DNA of 64,000 bases from the human T2T-CHM13v2.0 reference genome, Homo sapiens. Each line of letters starts with the position of its first letter. Position 1 is the first letter of the stretch. Position numbers and translations under genes: made by a program. The notes under the pieces are model-generated. The model was not told the origin of the DNA. It ran no database searches and saw only the letters and a list, made by a program, of their open reading frames with translations. Below, in pieces: positions 1 through 13,539 of the stretch. Where the stretch lies: the NCBI RefSeq assembly GCF_009914755.1, contig NC_060931.1, one strand, 5' to 3'.

Positions 1-916
1 ACTCTGGCTAGGGCCACTGTTGCTTGGTTGTCTCAAGGGTGTGTCCACTGGGCTGTTTCTCAAGCCCTAGATATGGGCACAAGGCCACTCCTGCCAACCT
101 GATTGTGTGTCTGCTGATGGTGGGCATGCCAAACTGTTTGTCACACTCTGGGCACAGGTACATCACTGCTAGGCCAGTCTGGTGGCATGTTTGCTGGAGG
201 TGGCCTGTCAGGTTGTTTCTCAGGCCCTGGGTGCAGTTGCAGTGGGTGCTGGTTTCTCTGCTGTGTAGGACAGGAGTCAGTCAATCCTAAACCTAGGTTT
301 TGAGTAGCCAGAGTTGCGACAACACAGCCACCCATGTGGGCTTGCTGGAATGAAGATACAGCCCCAGTGCTGGGGAGGTAAAGTGGCTACTGGCTCCCAG
401 AGCATAGTGCTCTCTAGAAGTAGGTCCAGTCTTAAGATTGTACCATGTTGCAGTGGCTTGGGACACAAAGGGTCAGTAGGGAATGGGGAATTCACACCTT
501 GTTCTCCTAATCAGTAGTAATGCTGCTGTGTGAATTCCTGGCAGCTCTCTAAACTGGGCTCAGGGCTTTCAAGGACTGTGGGATTCTCCTGTAGTAAGGA
601 CTACAAGTGTTTGTGGTGACAGTGGGGGTTGGTGGAGTTTCTCCACTTACTTTTTTTTCCACGAGGGGAAGTCTCTCTTGACTTCCTGTTGATCTCATCA
701 TAGGAGACAGGATAGTAGAGGCAGGATGGCTCATTAGTCTCTCTACAGTGCCCTCCTGGACTTCGGAGCACCACAGGGACCTCTCATCTCCCCTGCTGCC
801 TTCTAGTGCTCTCTCTTCAATACTCCAGTTAAATTCTATCTGTTTATTCTTTGCCTTGTTTCTTTTCTTATGGGGAGGATGAGTGTCATGTGCCTCTAGT
901 CAGCCATCTTGCTGAC
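1..916 (-). mobile_element. LINE-1 5' UTR end (L1PB/L1MA-type), runs off the window start
   Basis: Ends in TGCCTCTAGTCAGCCATCTTGCTGAC, the reverse complement of the L1 5' start (CAAGATGGCTGACTAGAGGCA). GC content is raised and drops sharply after ~916. Confidence 0.75.
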
Positions 917-3192
917 TTTACATTACGAACTTTTAAATAGGTATGTTTTAAATAGTTTATATGAAATCCCAGTAAAATCTGTAAACAAACAATTGGACCT
1001 TGATGAAGGTGGAGATGGTCCTGATTTTCTTTATTATCCGGTTATGTCTTTGTTTTTATTGTTGTTTTGTTTTGCCTTCAATTACTATATATTTTTCCTA
1101 AAATTTCAAATTGTTTATGAAAATGTGATTTAAGTATGTCAGTGTGGTTTTGCTCTGAAGGATTACTAAAGGGCACATAGGCCTGTAGGACAGTGTTTTC
1201 TGTAACTCCCTAGAAAGAAGGTTTCTTCATCAGGAGTGTCATTCTATGAAAGAAAGCTTATGTGTTGCTTTCCTAATTCTTAAATAAGAGCAAGATATCA
1301 CAGAAATACTTAACTGTTGTTAACATCTACCTTTTGCTTATCGATGAAAGAGAACATGAGCTATCACATGTGAGTGAAGCAAGGCAGAACGATAAGTAGG
1401 AGAAAGGAATGGTTAGATAGGAAATGCAACTAGAAGGGAAAATAAATGGGAACTCGAATATTTTAAGGACTCCATCTTAACCCATGTTAATTCATAAGAA
1501 AAATCTTACACATTAGGAGAAAAAATAACTAGATGGATAAATACACATGCACATAAAAAAATAACTTTCACAGGATTTTGTCATTAAATACATTTAGAGA
1601 AGTTAGCCTGACCCATACTTCTGATTTCAAAATCCATAAATACCAACATATATAACAAAATGAGATAGTATAGGAATTTGATAGGAATATTTGTTTCTTC
1701 ATATATTAGTAATATTCCACCAGTTCTACCATCCCATTTCTAATATTTGAATAGATGGGTGGTGGCCACTCTAGATATTCATTTTATAAATGCAATTTCC
1801 AACAGTTAGCTGTATCATGTGAGTTTTCCTCTATAGTGCTGACTTTTTCACCAGTGAACTCAATTGGCTGTTTGTTCAAATTCCCCACTGAAGAAACTAA
1901 AGACATGTATTTAAGTTCCTAGTGTAAAAATGTGTTGAGACAATAGATGAATTCATTTACTGAGTATGCTGGCCAGTATGACTTGACACAGATTAACATT
2001 CTCCTACTTCTGTGGAAAATACCACAAATACTTTGCTCTGTTGGTGGTATAGAAATAAAATAAGATGATACATGAAGTTTGTCTAAACTATAGATGGCAT
2101 TTTGGTCCTTAAATTGGTTAATTCCTCTCTAATAACCATTTCAGAATATTTGAGCATTTTACTAGAGTTTATTTATTTTTTCACTGGGTATGTAGACTTG
2201 CGAAAGTCTTAAAAGTCTCTCCATATCACTAGATAAAGAAAAAATTCATTTGTTCCTAACCACAAGGTTCAGCATTTGTATAGATTTGCATGAGAAACAC
2301 AGAAAATCCATGCAGAGGCAATGTTCTTTACAATGCTTTTTCATTAAATATCTTTCATCTCTGTTCTTGATTCCTATTTTAGCTGCTCTTTCCTGTCAGA
2401 CCTGAGCTCATATGCCTAGGAGTTTTTGACTGAAGGACAACATCACTCTTGCCTCATTTTTCATGTCACAATTTTCCCACAGAATAGGAAGTTTTAAACT
2501 GATAATAAATTACAATGAAACCAAGCTGACATAGAATTCCTAGCTTGCTAAATTGTGGGCAGCACCCTGCCAAGTGGAAGGTGTCTAGAGCTGCACTGTG
2601 ACCATCACATATGTTCTCCTACATTCCATGACTATATTTCTTAATGCTTCACATTTTGCATTAAAACAGTGAAGACCTCACTGCCAAACAGCTGTGATTT
2701 TGCAGAGCTCTCATGTCTAATAATATCCCACTGGCTAGATGAGATATAACGTAGACTATGAATAACCACTTATTTGTGGTTAAGAAAAAGCATACATGGC
2801 TTCTGCTTCTGATAGAGTCCACTCTGTACTTTCCTTTGCAATATTAGATAGCTATTAATTTTTCAGGATAATACTTAGGGTACAAAGAAGTGTATTTCAT
2901 TGCTTAACTCATGTCAACTTATTATGGGGCTTTAGCTTCTCCCTACTCACTTGATAATTTTAGCTCACAAACTTAGTGTTTCCCTTCCTTTTATATGTCA
3001 TGAAACATGCAGATGATAATATTTGTTTGGCATATTGGCATTGGAGTAAAATGAGGCTGTCTCTAAGGTTCTGTTCACTACAAAGTCTGGACAATCATTA
3101 TATTAGTATACATTTGGCTGTTTATTAGTGGCATATTCATTAGGAGGCTTTGTAACTACCTCTTTACTGACAGTTGCTAAGAAAGCTATTAC

Positions 3193-3273
3193 TTTTTTTT
3201 TTTTTTTTTTTACAAAAAGTTTTCAAAGTCCTCTCAGAGAAGAGTATCATTCTTGAAAAAAAAAAAAAAAAAA
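3193..3273. repeat. T19 and A18 homopolymer pair
   Basis: T run at 3193-3211 and A run at 3256-3273. Confidence 0.9.
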
Positions 3274-4659
3274 GATGTGAAATTAAGAGAGTATCCAGTC
3301 CTTTAGGTTGTCTAGAAGTCCTGGCTGATACCACATTCCATGGACCTGTGTAGTCTATGGAGCCATCAACTCCCCATTCTTCTGGTTATACAAAATGATA
3401 TTGAAGATTCTCGCATGTTAAAATTTATGGAGAGTAATCTCTGAGATTACTGTTCTACCTCAATCACAATTATCCCAGAATATAAGAAATGAAAAAAACA
3501 AACAAAAATGGTCCACATTTTTGTCCAGTAGGGAATGAGGACAGATGAAAGCTTTGAGCGACTAATTACACCCATACCTATAGATGCAGCCGTACAACCC
3601 ACATGACCAGTGTGTGATTTGCTCACTTATACCACTCCACTCCTCTTCTAAAGTCTTTCCAATTTTCTTTTCAAAGCTTACTATACATTTAAATTTGTGA
3701 TATAATGATTAGTCTTAAGCATTTTATTGATTCTCAAGTACTCATAAACTGAGTTTGAGTTAGCAGAACTCAGAGTCAGAGATGTTTTAAATTAACTCAA
3801 TTATGATAGTAGTCATAGACTTTTTGCTCTTATGTGGAATTTAAGTGGGTGGATACTGTAATTATTGAATGACATAAGTTTTGTTATTTGTAATGAGTTA
3901 AAGTCTAAATGCAAACTTAAACATATTACAGTTTGAGTCATTAGCTTATTAATTTTTTATGAAGCTATTATCTATCTTAAGAGCTTGGAGTCTACCAAGT
4001 AATTAAGGCAATGTCTCCAAAAATTATACTATTATAAAAAAATGAAATTTCCATATGTTTAATGTTTCAAAAGCAATTATGCACGTTTGCCCAGTGTTAT
4101 TTAGAACAAACTTCCTGATACTATAAACGTCCCAGAAAAACTTGTTTTTTAAAAAACAAACTTATTATATGTTATCTGACATTGCCCATTCATCTATATA
4201 CTCACTCTTAGCTATTGGCATGTTGTCAATACAAAGTGCTAACAGTTCATAAATAATTTGACTTCTCTTCCTCTCCCATCTTGAGATCAAAATATTCCCT
4301 AAGTTCAGCTATTATGTCTCATGTGTTATTTGAATCCATCATACTATTTAAATCCTTTTGTTTCCACAGTGATTCAGTTTCTTGCCCTCTTGCTCTTGGA
4401 TCATGGTAGTAATTAACTATGTGTCCAAACTATTTTTTACTCTACTGAAATTACGATTTTTAAAAGGCAAAGCTAATTATATTATTCACTGACTTAATTA
4501 TAAATTCACTGCCAAAGTTTCCTATAATCTACAAGTTATGTTTCAAACTCCTTAGCAAATTTATTGATTAACTGGCCCCTATCTACCCCTTCACCCTGAA
4601 ACCACAACTTCCTTCTCCTTATTACATGGTTTACTTTTAATTACATCAGCTGTATGCAT

Positions 4660-5800
4660 GATGCATTCCTTCAACAAATGTGCATTAAATCCCCGTAATG
4701 TGCCAAGTGCTGTGCTAAGCATTGGTAATTTAATAGCAGGCAAGTGAAATATGTCCTCAGGAAGCTACAATGTTCTAGGCATGAATATAACAAAATTGGC
4801 AATAGTAATATACCATAACAAGTGATATGATGTGCTTAGGAGTAATGCTCAATAATTAGATAGGTCAAGAGAATGGAACGGGGTTGCCCATGTAGGGGAC
4901 AATAGCTTACACATTTGTAATTATGTTTGTATCAGAGACAGCATGGAATATACAAAGAGCTGGGACACGGTTTTGCTAAAGCACGGGGGTACACACAGGG
5001 GGAAGAGCACAGTGAAGTGGCATAATATGATTACATTTGTATTTTTATAAGGTTTATTTGATTTCTTTGTAGAGAATAAATTGAAGAAAGGCCACATTAG
5101 ATGCAGGAAGACAAACTGGAAACTATTCCAAAAATTTGGTTATGAAATAATGGTGACTTGACCTGGGTATAACCCTGGGTGTGGTGAGAAAAGGATAAAT
5201 TTGGTAAACATTTCAGAGGCACAAATGATAGAACCTAACGACTGAAATGATCTTGGGAAAAAGGAGAATGAGATAGAGAGGATATTGTCCTGGTTTGTGG
5301 CTTAGCAAATGAGTTTCCTGATGGTATCACATACTAGTAGAGCAAACCCAGGAGAAGTGAGAAGCCTGTAATAAAAGATAGAAGTTCCAATTTAGACACG
5401 ATGATTTTAAGATTTGGTTGGACACCCAAATGGAGCTTTTGGTGAAGAGATGAATATGGTGGTCTGGCTCTTAGGAAAAAAGTCTGAACCACTGATTCAT
5501 ATTCAGAAATCTTTAGCATAAAGATATTCTAAGAAAGTGGATAACAATATCCAAGGATAATTTAGAGTGAGAAGAAAAGTTGGCCTTAGAATAAAATTCC
5601 TGAGAAATATCAATATTTGGAACATCAATAAGAAATAAAGAGTTGACAAATGAAATAAAGGTGAGGCAAGAAGAAAGTGATTATAAAAAACCCATGAGAG
5701 AGAGTTTAGAATAATAGATCAAAGAAAGTAAAACACTGACTGAAAAGTATCCACTGGATTGTATAAAAAGCAAATCATTTTTTACATGCAAGATAATGAT
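4660..5800 (-). mobile_element. L2 LINE 3' portion, degraded
   Basis: CATTCCTTCAACAAATGTGCATTAAAT...ATGTGCCAAGTGCTGTGCTAAGC matches the antisense L2 3' end, followed by purine-rich L2-like body. Boundaries approximate. Confidence 0.7.
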
Positions 5801-7299
5801 AAAGTTGAACATGTTTAAATGCTGCAGAAAAAAAGCCAGAGAGAGAGAGAGACAGAGAGAATCTTCTCTGGAAGATACAGGGAATAAAAATAAGAGTCCT
5901 TAAAGCTAGCTCTCTGAGGATGTTCGATAGGAAAAGGATTCTGCACAATGGTAGATGGACTAACCTTAAAATAAGAGAATTTCTTCCATTGTAATAAAAC
6001 AAAACAAAACAAAAAGATGCAGTTGAGGTTGTGAGTTTAGCATTTATAACAGAAAAACAATAACCTTAGATTTCTCAGCCCTTCTTTCCACCCTACAAGA
6101 AGCTAATTACATTTTATACTTTCAACATCTATTCAGTAAAACTACAGACACTTTTATGAGAGTTCAGTGGCCAAAATAGAGAATATTCTTATTCATATTC
6201 TCTCGCTCTCCCTCTCTCATTATGTATAGGAAGAGAGAACCTCTCCCAGGTGGGTCTGCACTGTTATATGTGAGCCTTCAATGTGAAAACGAAGAAGGTC
6301 ATGAAAGCTCTTCTCAGACAATACAATACTTTTTGAACGGCAAGGCCCTAAAATCTAGAGATCAATTCAGGGAAGATGCAAATTTTGGTCTCATCCCTGA
6401 ACTGGTCAGATGAGTGTCCAGCCCAAGAGCTCTTATATTACTTGGTGCAAGTGCTTATGCCCTCAATGTTCTGCTTTTTCTAGTGGGTAAAATTAGGCAG
6501 TTGGTCATCTCCTTGTTTGCCTTTTCTGCAGACAAAGAAGGCTGTACTGGAATGTCAGTTTGTGAATCCTTCAACGTTTTACCACTGGAATTTGTTTGTT
6601 CTTGCTTGTCTAATAAAGTGCTTTCTTTACATATTTACTCAACCCATGATTCCTGACCTCATCATGTATATCCAGCATGTGACCTTTGAAACATTTGAGT
6701 GGTACATAATTATAGAGTGGTTTGTTATGATAGTGATATATTTTTAAAATGTCAATATATAACAAATAATATAAATAGTAAGGAATACCCTGAAGTGAGC
6801 ATTTTATACAATAATCTTAACCCAATATTGGCAGGAACTTGAGTTAATTACAAACAGCAACTTGATTAGCTTGTGAAATAGAAAGCAGTCATATGAAAAG
6901 AGTGAGCAAGAAAGTTGTGCATTTGGAAATTTCAGGATGATAGAAAACATTAAAATGGCATTGAGGAGAAAGCTCTAGAAAGGTAAACAAGATTGCTGAG
7001 CAGCTTCAAACACCAGTTGAGGTTGGAAACTATGAAGATATAGTTAACTTACTGTGTGCAATTATAAAATATACCGTGTGGGTGGTGCATTTGTGGGGCC
7101 ATTTTGTGGTTTTTGAATGCCGTTTTCTACTTCATCTGTTCATTCATGTAGAGAAACTTAATCCTTTAAGAATCAACTCATGTGCCTCATTCTCTGTGAT
7201 TTCTTCTCTAATCATCGAGCAGGGCATGCCATACAGTAAGCGTGCCATAAATGTTTCTTGAAATGATTAAAATTATGCTTTGTTTGTGCTGACCCTTTT

Positions 7300-7490
7300 A
7301 CAGTGATTTTAGTCAACTACTTATGTTCTTTGTTCTTCAGCTTCCTTACTTGTCAAACATGAATAATAACAATGCCTATTTCATAGGGTTGTTTTGTGGA
7401 TTAAATGAGTTCACACATATAAAGAACCTGAAGTAGTACCTGGAACAATTTAAGTGCTCAATTAAAATTAATCATGATAATTATTATTAT
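7300..7490 (+). mobile_element. MIR SINE
   Basis: MIR core: AATAATAACAATGCCTATTTCATAGGGTTGTTTTGTGGATTAAATGAG...AAGTGCTCAAT. Confidence 0.8.
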
Positions 7491-7544
7491 CAAGCAATTG
7501 TTATTATTATATTTAATTCTATGTCCATCACTTATTTACAGGAA

Positions 7545-7670
7545 TTGATCTCCTACTAGCCTGCAAATTATTTAGCAAAGTGGTCCTTTTGTTTTCAAGA
7601 ACTTACTATGAGCTTGACATAGAACCAGCACACATAAGTGCTTATGAACAAATGAATGACAATGAATAAT
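7545..7670 (+). mobile_element. L2 3' end fragment
   Basis: CATAGAACCAGCACACATAAGTGCTTATGAACAAATGAATGA resembles the L2 3' terminus. Confidence 0.5.
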
Positions 7671-7676
7671 AGCTGA

Positions 7677-8030
<354 letters not shown>

Positions 8031-8059
8031 TGAGATGTAATATGGGATTAAGGGAAAAC

Positions 8060-8235
8060 ATACACACAGGCTTTGGAATCAGACTAAGTTTCTAGCTGGG
8101 AAATCCTAAGCAAGCTATTTAATTTTCTTGAGCCTCAAGTTGTTCATCTGTAAAATCAATATAACTGTACTCAACTCATAGAGTAATGATGATTGCATGT
8201 ATTTTATACTAAAGATGTAGATGTTTGGTTATTAC
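8060..8235 (+). mobile_element. MIR SINE
   Basis: CAGGCTTTGGAATCAGAC...GAGCCTCAAGTTGTTCATCTGTAAAAT. Confidence 0.7.
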
Positions 8236-9309
8236 TCTCATCACCAACTTCATCAGCGGGGTCATTATTGTCATTCTTATGGTCATCAGATTGACCTTTT
8301 GATTACCAGACTTAACATAATGATACAAAACACCTCAGTAACAGCTTCCTAAAATGTAACTTTCATTTTAATTAGATTATCCTTTCAGTAATGTAATTGA
8401 GTGTTAGAAGCTGGAATGGGGGCTGCTGCTTAGGAATTTCAGGTGGTACTGTATTAGTAATATTCTGATATTTGTCTACTTAATGAGAGCAGCAATTCAG
8501 TACAAAAAGAAAAGGCTCTGTTTTGACGTAAAAATCTGATATATAAAGAGTCTTATTTTGGGAACAAAACAACTAAATATATCAGGGTTGTGGTTACGTT
8601 ACCAGCTGCAAGCATTAGTCATGACTGTGTTATAAAAGAGTTAATTAAATTCTTTGGGTGAAGGAGGTGCAGAAGGAAGTCAACACAGTCTTCTGATGAG
8701 ATGAGTCACTGTGATCATATCAGAAAAAAGCACAGGAGCTGAAGAAAGTCTGGGTCCCAGACTGATGCCATATTGCAGGATCAGCCTGTGTGAAAAGCCA
8801 CTGACCAATAGGAAGCTCAGACAAAATAGTTTAGTGTCATCTGAAGTCTCATCAATACATAAGCAGTTTGAATTTGTGTATGCAATTTTATTTAGCATAT
8901 TTTCAAGGACCATAGGAGAATAAACGTCCTTGGATTCATGACTATTGCTGTTGAAGAGTGGGTTTGGGTATAATGAGTAATTTCTTCCCATACTAAATAA
9001 TATTGCTATATCAGAGAGTATATTGATTTATTAATTAATATGTATGCTTGATCATGACAAAAAAAACAAGATGAAAACATGTAGATTTATCAAGACTTCT
9101 GTTAGCCTCATGACTTTCCATTCTGCTGTTATGTGTTGCCTACATCTCCCTCACTCATCAGTCTTGAGTTTTATGATTCTAATCTGTCAAATATCTTAAC
9201 TTTTTTTGGTCCAGCCTCATCTCTCAAGTAAATTTTAGAAAACGGTGTTTTCCATTTCCCTTGTCTTTTTCCTAATTTATTTTCCACATTATGTGAAAAA
9301 TATTCTGAA

Positions 9310-9790
9310 ACCCAAATCAGTCACATAATTTCTATTCAATTGCTCCCTTTTGTCTTATAGGTTCACTTAGCACATAATAAAGGGCCATTTGTGATCTGAC
9401 CTTGACCCTCCAGTTTTAATGAAGTGTGGTTTCTCCCTGCAATATTATGCTCCAGCTATAGTGGTAGCTGCTAAATGTATTATTCAGTTTCTTGGTGATG
9501 TTCCTTTGTAAATGTTGTGAGCTTTTCTTGGAATGCCCTTCCTTTGGCCTTCATTACTTAGCAAATGCTGGTTTTCCCTTAAAAACCCTGCATCACACAC
9601 TGGGGCCTTTTGGGGGCTGGGGGGTTGGGGGAGGGATAGTGTAAGGAGAAATACCTAATGTAAATGATGAGTTGATGCGTGCAGCAAACCAACATGGCAC
9701 ATGTATACTTATGTAACAAACCTGCACATTACGCACATGTACCCTGCAACTTAAAGTATAATAATAAAAATATATATGTGTATATATATA

Positions 9791-9821
<31 letters not shown>

Positions 9822-10100
9822 CAGAAATAGGAAAAAAAAAACCCTGCTCAGACATTTCCTCTTCTGTAAAACTTTCTCTGACTATACCCACCTAGACTCA
9901 ATTACCCTTTGCGCACGGCCCCTGTGTCACCATGCACAATATTTCATTATGGCAGTCTTCACACACTCTTATAATCATTTCTTTGTACAACTGCCTTCTT
10001 CAATAAACCCTGAGCTATTTAAGAACAGGGAACATTTTTCTCTCAGTCTCCAAAAAGCTTGTCACAAGGTAGAAGACAAATAAAATTTTGTTGAACTTAA
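9310..10100 (+). mobile_element. L2 3' region interrupted by an L1PA
   Basis: TTCTTGGAATGCCCTTCC...[L1]...TCAGACATTTCCTCTTCTGTAAACTTTCTCTGAC...TGAGCTATTTAAGAACAGGGAAC are L2 3' motifs that continue across the insertion. Confidence 0.7.
9592..9841 (+). mobile_element. L1PA 3' terminal fragment (5'-truncated) with microsatellite tail
   Basis: GGGAGGGATAG...ATACCTAATGTAAATGATGAGTTGATG...AACTTAAAGTATAATAATAAAAA. TSD AAAAACCCTGC at 9581-9591 and 9837-9847. Confidence 0.95.
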
Positions 10101-11389
10101 TTTCTAAGTGATATAATATGGATAATGAAAAACTTTTTCAGTGGAGTAGTGTAAATGGCAGCAAAAACATACATCCTAATTTTTTTTCCTTGTTCTGCCA
10201 TTAAAATTTACAGGATGTGGAAAAGGCAAATATTTTCTTTAGGCTTCTGGTTTTTGTTTTTTTTTTTTTCCCAGATGTACAGCGAAAGATTTGAATAACT
10301 AATACCCAAGTCCCTTTTTTACAAACATGTATTATGACTTTGTCTATACTGAGACACTCTCTTAAAATAGTAGTATGACCTTATTTTATAATTTAATTTA
10401 TATCATTTCATGTTGAAAGTGAATTTACATCTTTAGGTAATAGGCAACCTTTTCAAAAATCAATGTCGTTCTGAGGCTGAGATTCATAAAGCAAATGGAA
10501 TTGTTTAGCGTAGCTAGATTTTATTTCATATTGGCAAATGCTTATAATATTTGTGCAATAGGTTTTTTTTTTCTTGATACAACCTGTTCAGTGGCTTAGA
10601 GGCAAATACTGTGTGATCTCATTTATTTGCAAGCTTTCCTTTTTGGAGAATAAATGATATATCAGCTCAAGATCACACAGCTATTTTATTTTGAGTTGAA
10701 ATAAATCCTAAGATACTAAATATGATAGGATTAGTTAATCTTTTGCAACATTTTCAGAAGGTTGATTTTTTTCCCCCTCAAGTTTTATGTCATAGTGATA
10801 GGAGCATTTCAAAGAAGACCAGAAATGGTTTCAAATTTTTGTGGCTTTAGGTGTAGGAAATGTATGCCCCGAAAACTCTTTATAATACATTCTTGTGTTG
10901 GGGGGACAGGATGTGGGGTGGGGGAGAGAATGAGTTAACGGGGATAAATTCAGACTCAATAAATATTTAAATGTTTCTGGAAAAGATTCAACTAGATTTT
11001 AAAGTAAATGTTACATGTCAGAAACTAATAAATGAGATATAAGATTAATGAGTCTTTAATTTTATATGAGATAGATAGTACAGGTTTACTTACTTTCTTT
11101 TCTTCATTTCAGAATATTTTCAAAATTACAAGGTTATCTTTATTTCAATAAGGGTGTTTACATTTAAAAGTCTGTCACATTGAGAAACATGAAAATATAC
11201 ATAGAGCTGGATTTTAAGAGCAGTGTAAATACCTGCATCATTGGTGAAGGCACAGGGGCTTCACAAGTTGATCAGCCTTGAGGATGAAAGTCAGTTTGAA
11301 AATAAGAGAGACATCAGGGAGTAGGAGGTAGGCACATAGGGAAATTGTTAGGTTTGCAGACATAACCTACCTGGGAATGCAGAAACTTT

Positions 11390-12190
11390 TACTTTATTTT
11401 TAAAAATTTTAATTATAAATACACAAATATGGTTGCATATATTTATGGCATACAAGGTGATGTTATAATTTATGAATATAATGTGGAATAATTAAATGAT
11501 TCTAATTAGCATATTCATTACCTCAAATAGTTATCATGTTTTGTGATAAAAACATTTGAAATTTATTCTCCTGGTTATATTTAAATATACAATAAATTAT
11601 TTATGACTATGGTCACTTCTTGTGCAATATATTTAAAAGGAAAAAAAAAAACCGTATCCCTCCTGTCTAATTGAGGCTTTGTATCCTTTGACCTTCATCT
11701 TTCCATCACCCCCCACCACTTCCACTCCTACTCCCCAGCCTCTGGTAACCACCATTCTAACCTCTGCTACTTTGAGTTCTATTGTTTTAGAATCCATGTG
11801 TAAATGAGATCATGTGGTATTTGTCTTTCTGTACCTGGCTTATTTCACTTAGCATAATGTTCTCCAATTCACGTTGTCACAAATGAAGGAATTTCTTTAT
11901 AAAGGCTGAATTAGTATTCAGTCATGTGTACATATTTCATGTTGTTTAGCCATTCATCTGTTGATGTACACTTAGGTTGATTTCATGACTTGGTTATTAT
12001 AAATAGTGCCACCACAAACATAGGGGTGCAGTCATCATTTGACCAACTGGTTTCAAATATTTTGGATAAATACTGAAAAGTGGGAGTGCTGGATCATAGA
12101 GTAATTCTATTTTTAGTATTTTGTGGAACCTACACACAGTTTTCCATAATTAATGTACTGACTTAAATTCCCGCCAACAGTGTACAAGCA
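11390..12190 (-). mobile_element. L1MA (approx. L1MA7/8) 3' end
   Basis: Antisense L1MA 3' UTR and ORF2 tail: GAGATCATGTGGTATTTGTCTTTCTGTACCTGGCTTATTTCACTTAGCATAATG. Confidence 0.9.
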
Positions 12191-12729
12191 AAACCCTCTA
12201 TGCTAATAAAAAATATAGTTCGTTTCCCATTGAATGTGAAACTTAAAACATGAATTTGTAAAAAAAAAATTATGTAAATACATTTTCAACAAAGGAAAAG
12301 AATACCTTTCCTGATGAATGACATAATTAAATAAATATGAAAGGAAATATTGTTCTAAAAACTAATTAGGGTTAAATTTAAGAATTTAAAGAAGAAAATA
12401 TTGAAAATTTATTAATAAATAGGTGAAAGGTCTTTCTGCTTTGTATCTTCATTTTTTTCAGTTATGTTATTTAGAAGATTAATTATCTGATTAAAGAACT
12501 ATGATCATTTATTGCATCATTTTTCATAACTTTTATTATTAGTGTAGCATCAACATTTACAATACAAGTTTCATTGTTCCTTTTTAAACACGAAGAAAAC
12601 ATAATAATGTGTTAAATAATTTTTTAGGTCTAATTGATCTCTTCCTACATATTCATTTGCTGTAGTTGTATCTATTGTATTTATTTGTTATTGAATCCCA
12701 GCTGAAGAATTTCAAAGTTGTTTTATGTT

Positions 12730-12825
12730 TAATTCACTTAATAAGCATTTATTGAGTACTGCATATATTAGGTCCTGGAGGGTGGAGATTATAGGTTAAT
12801 AAAGCAAAGTCACTGCCATATAATT
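12730..12825 (-). mobile_element. L2 3' end fragment
   Basis: ATTCACTTAATAAGCATTTATTGAGTACT. Confidence 0.5.
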
Positions 12826-12854
12826 AGAAAGAAGACTTTTTTTGAAGTTTTACA

Positions 12855-13539
12855 TTTATTTATTTATTTATTTTTATTCTACTTTAAGTTCTGGGATACA
12901 TGTACAGAATGTGCAGGTTTGTTACATAGGTATACATGTGCCGTGGTGGTTTGCTGCAACCATCAACCCACAATTTCTCCTAATGCTATCCCTCCCCTAG
13001 CCCCCTACCCCCTGCCAGGCCCTGGTGTGTGATGTTCCCCTCCCTCTGTCCATGTGTTCTCATTGTTTAACTCCCACTTATGAGTGAGAACATGCGGTGT
13101 TTGGTTTTCTGTATCTGTGTTAGTTTGGTGAGAATGATGGCTTCCAGCTTCATCCATGTCCCTGCAAAAGGCATGAACTCATCCTTTTTTATGGTTGCAT
13201 AGTATTTCATGGTGTATATGTGCCACATTTTCTTTATCCAGTCTATCACTGATGGGCATTTGGGTTGGTTCCAAGTCTTTGCTATTGTGAATAGTGCTGC
13301 AATATACATACATGTGCATATATCTTTATAGTGGAATGATTTATAATCCTTTGGGTGTATACCCAGTAATGGGATTGCTGGGTCAAATGGTATTTCTGGT
13401 TGTAGATCCTTGAGGAATTGCCAGACTGTCTTCCACAATGTTTGAACTGATTTACACTCCCACCGAAAGTGTAAAAGCATTCCTGTTTCTCCACATCCTC
13501 TCCAACATCTGTTGTTTCTTGACTTTTTAATGATCACCA
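12855..13539 (-). mobile_element. L1PA (approx. L1PA7/8) 3' end including the ORF2 C-terminus
   Basis: ORF 13067-13540(-) reads as the L1 ORF2p C-terminus (CWRGCGE...EIPFDPAIPLLGI...KTWNQPKCPS...WIKKMWHIYTM...HRMFSLISGS). 3' UTR and (TTTA)n tail present. Confidence 0.97.

Noticed and set aside
6222-6413. 63-aa ORF with an internal CTCTCCCAG acceptor
   Set aside because: No recognisable homology, no convincing donor, and a length compatible with chance.
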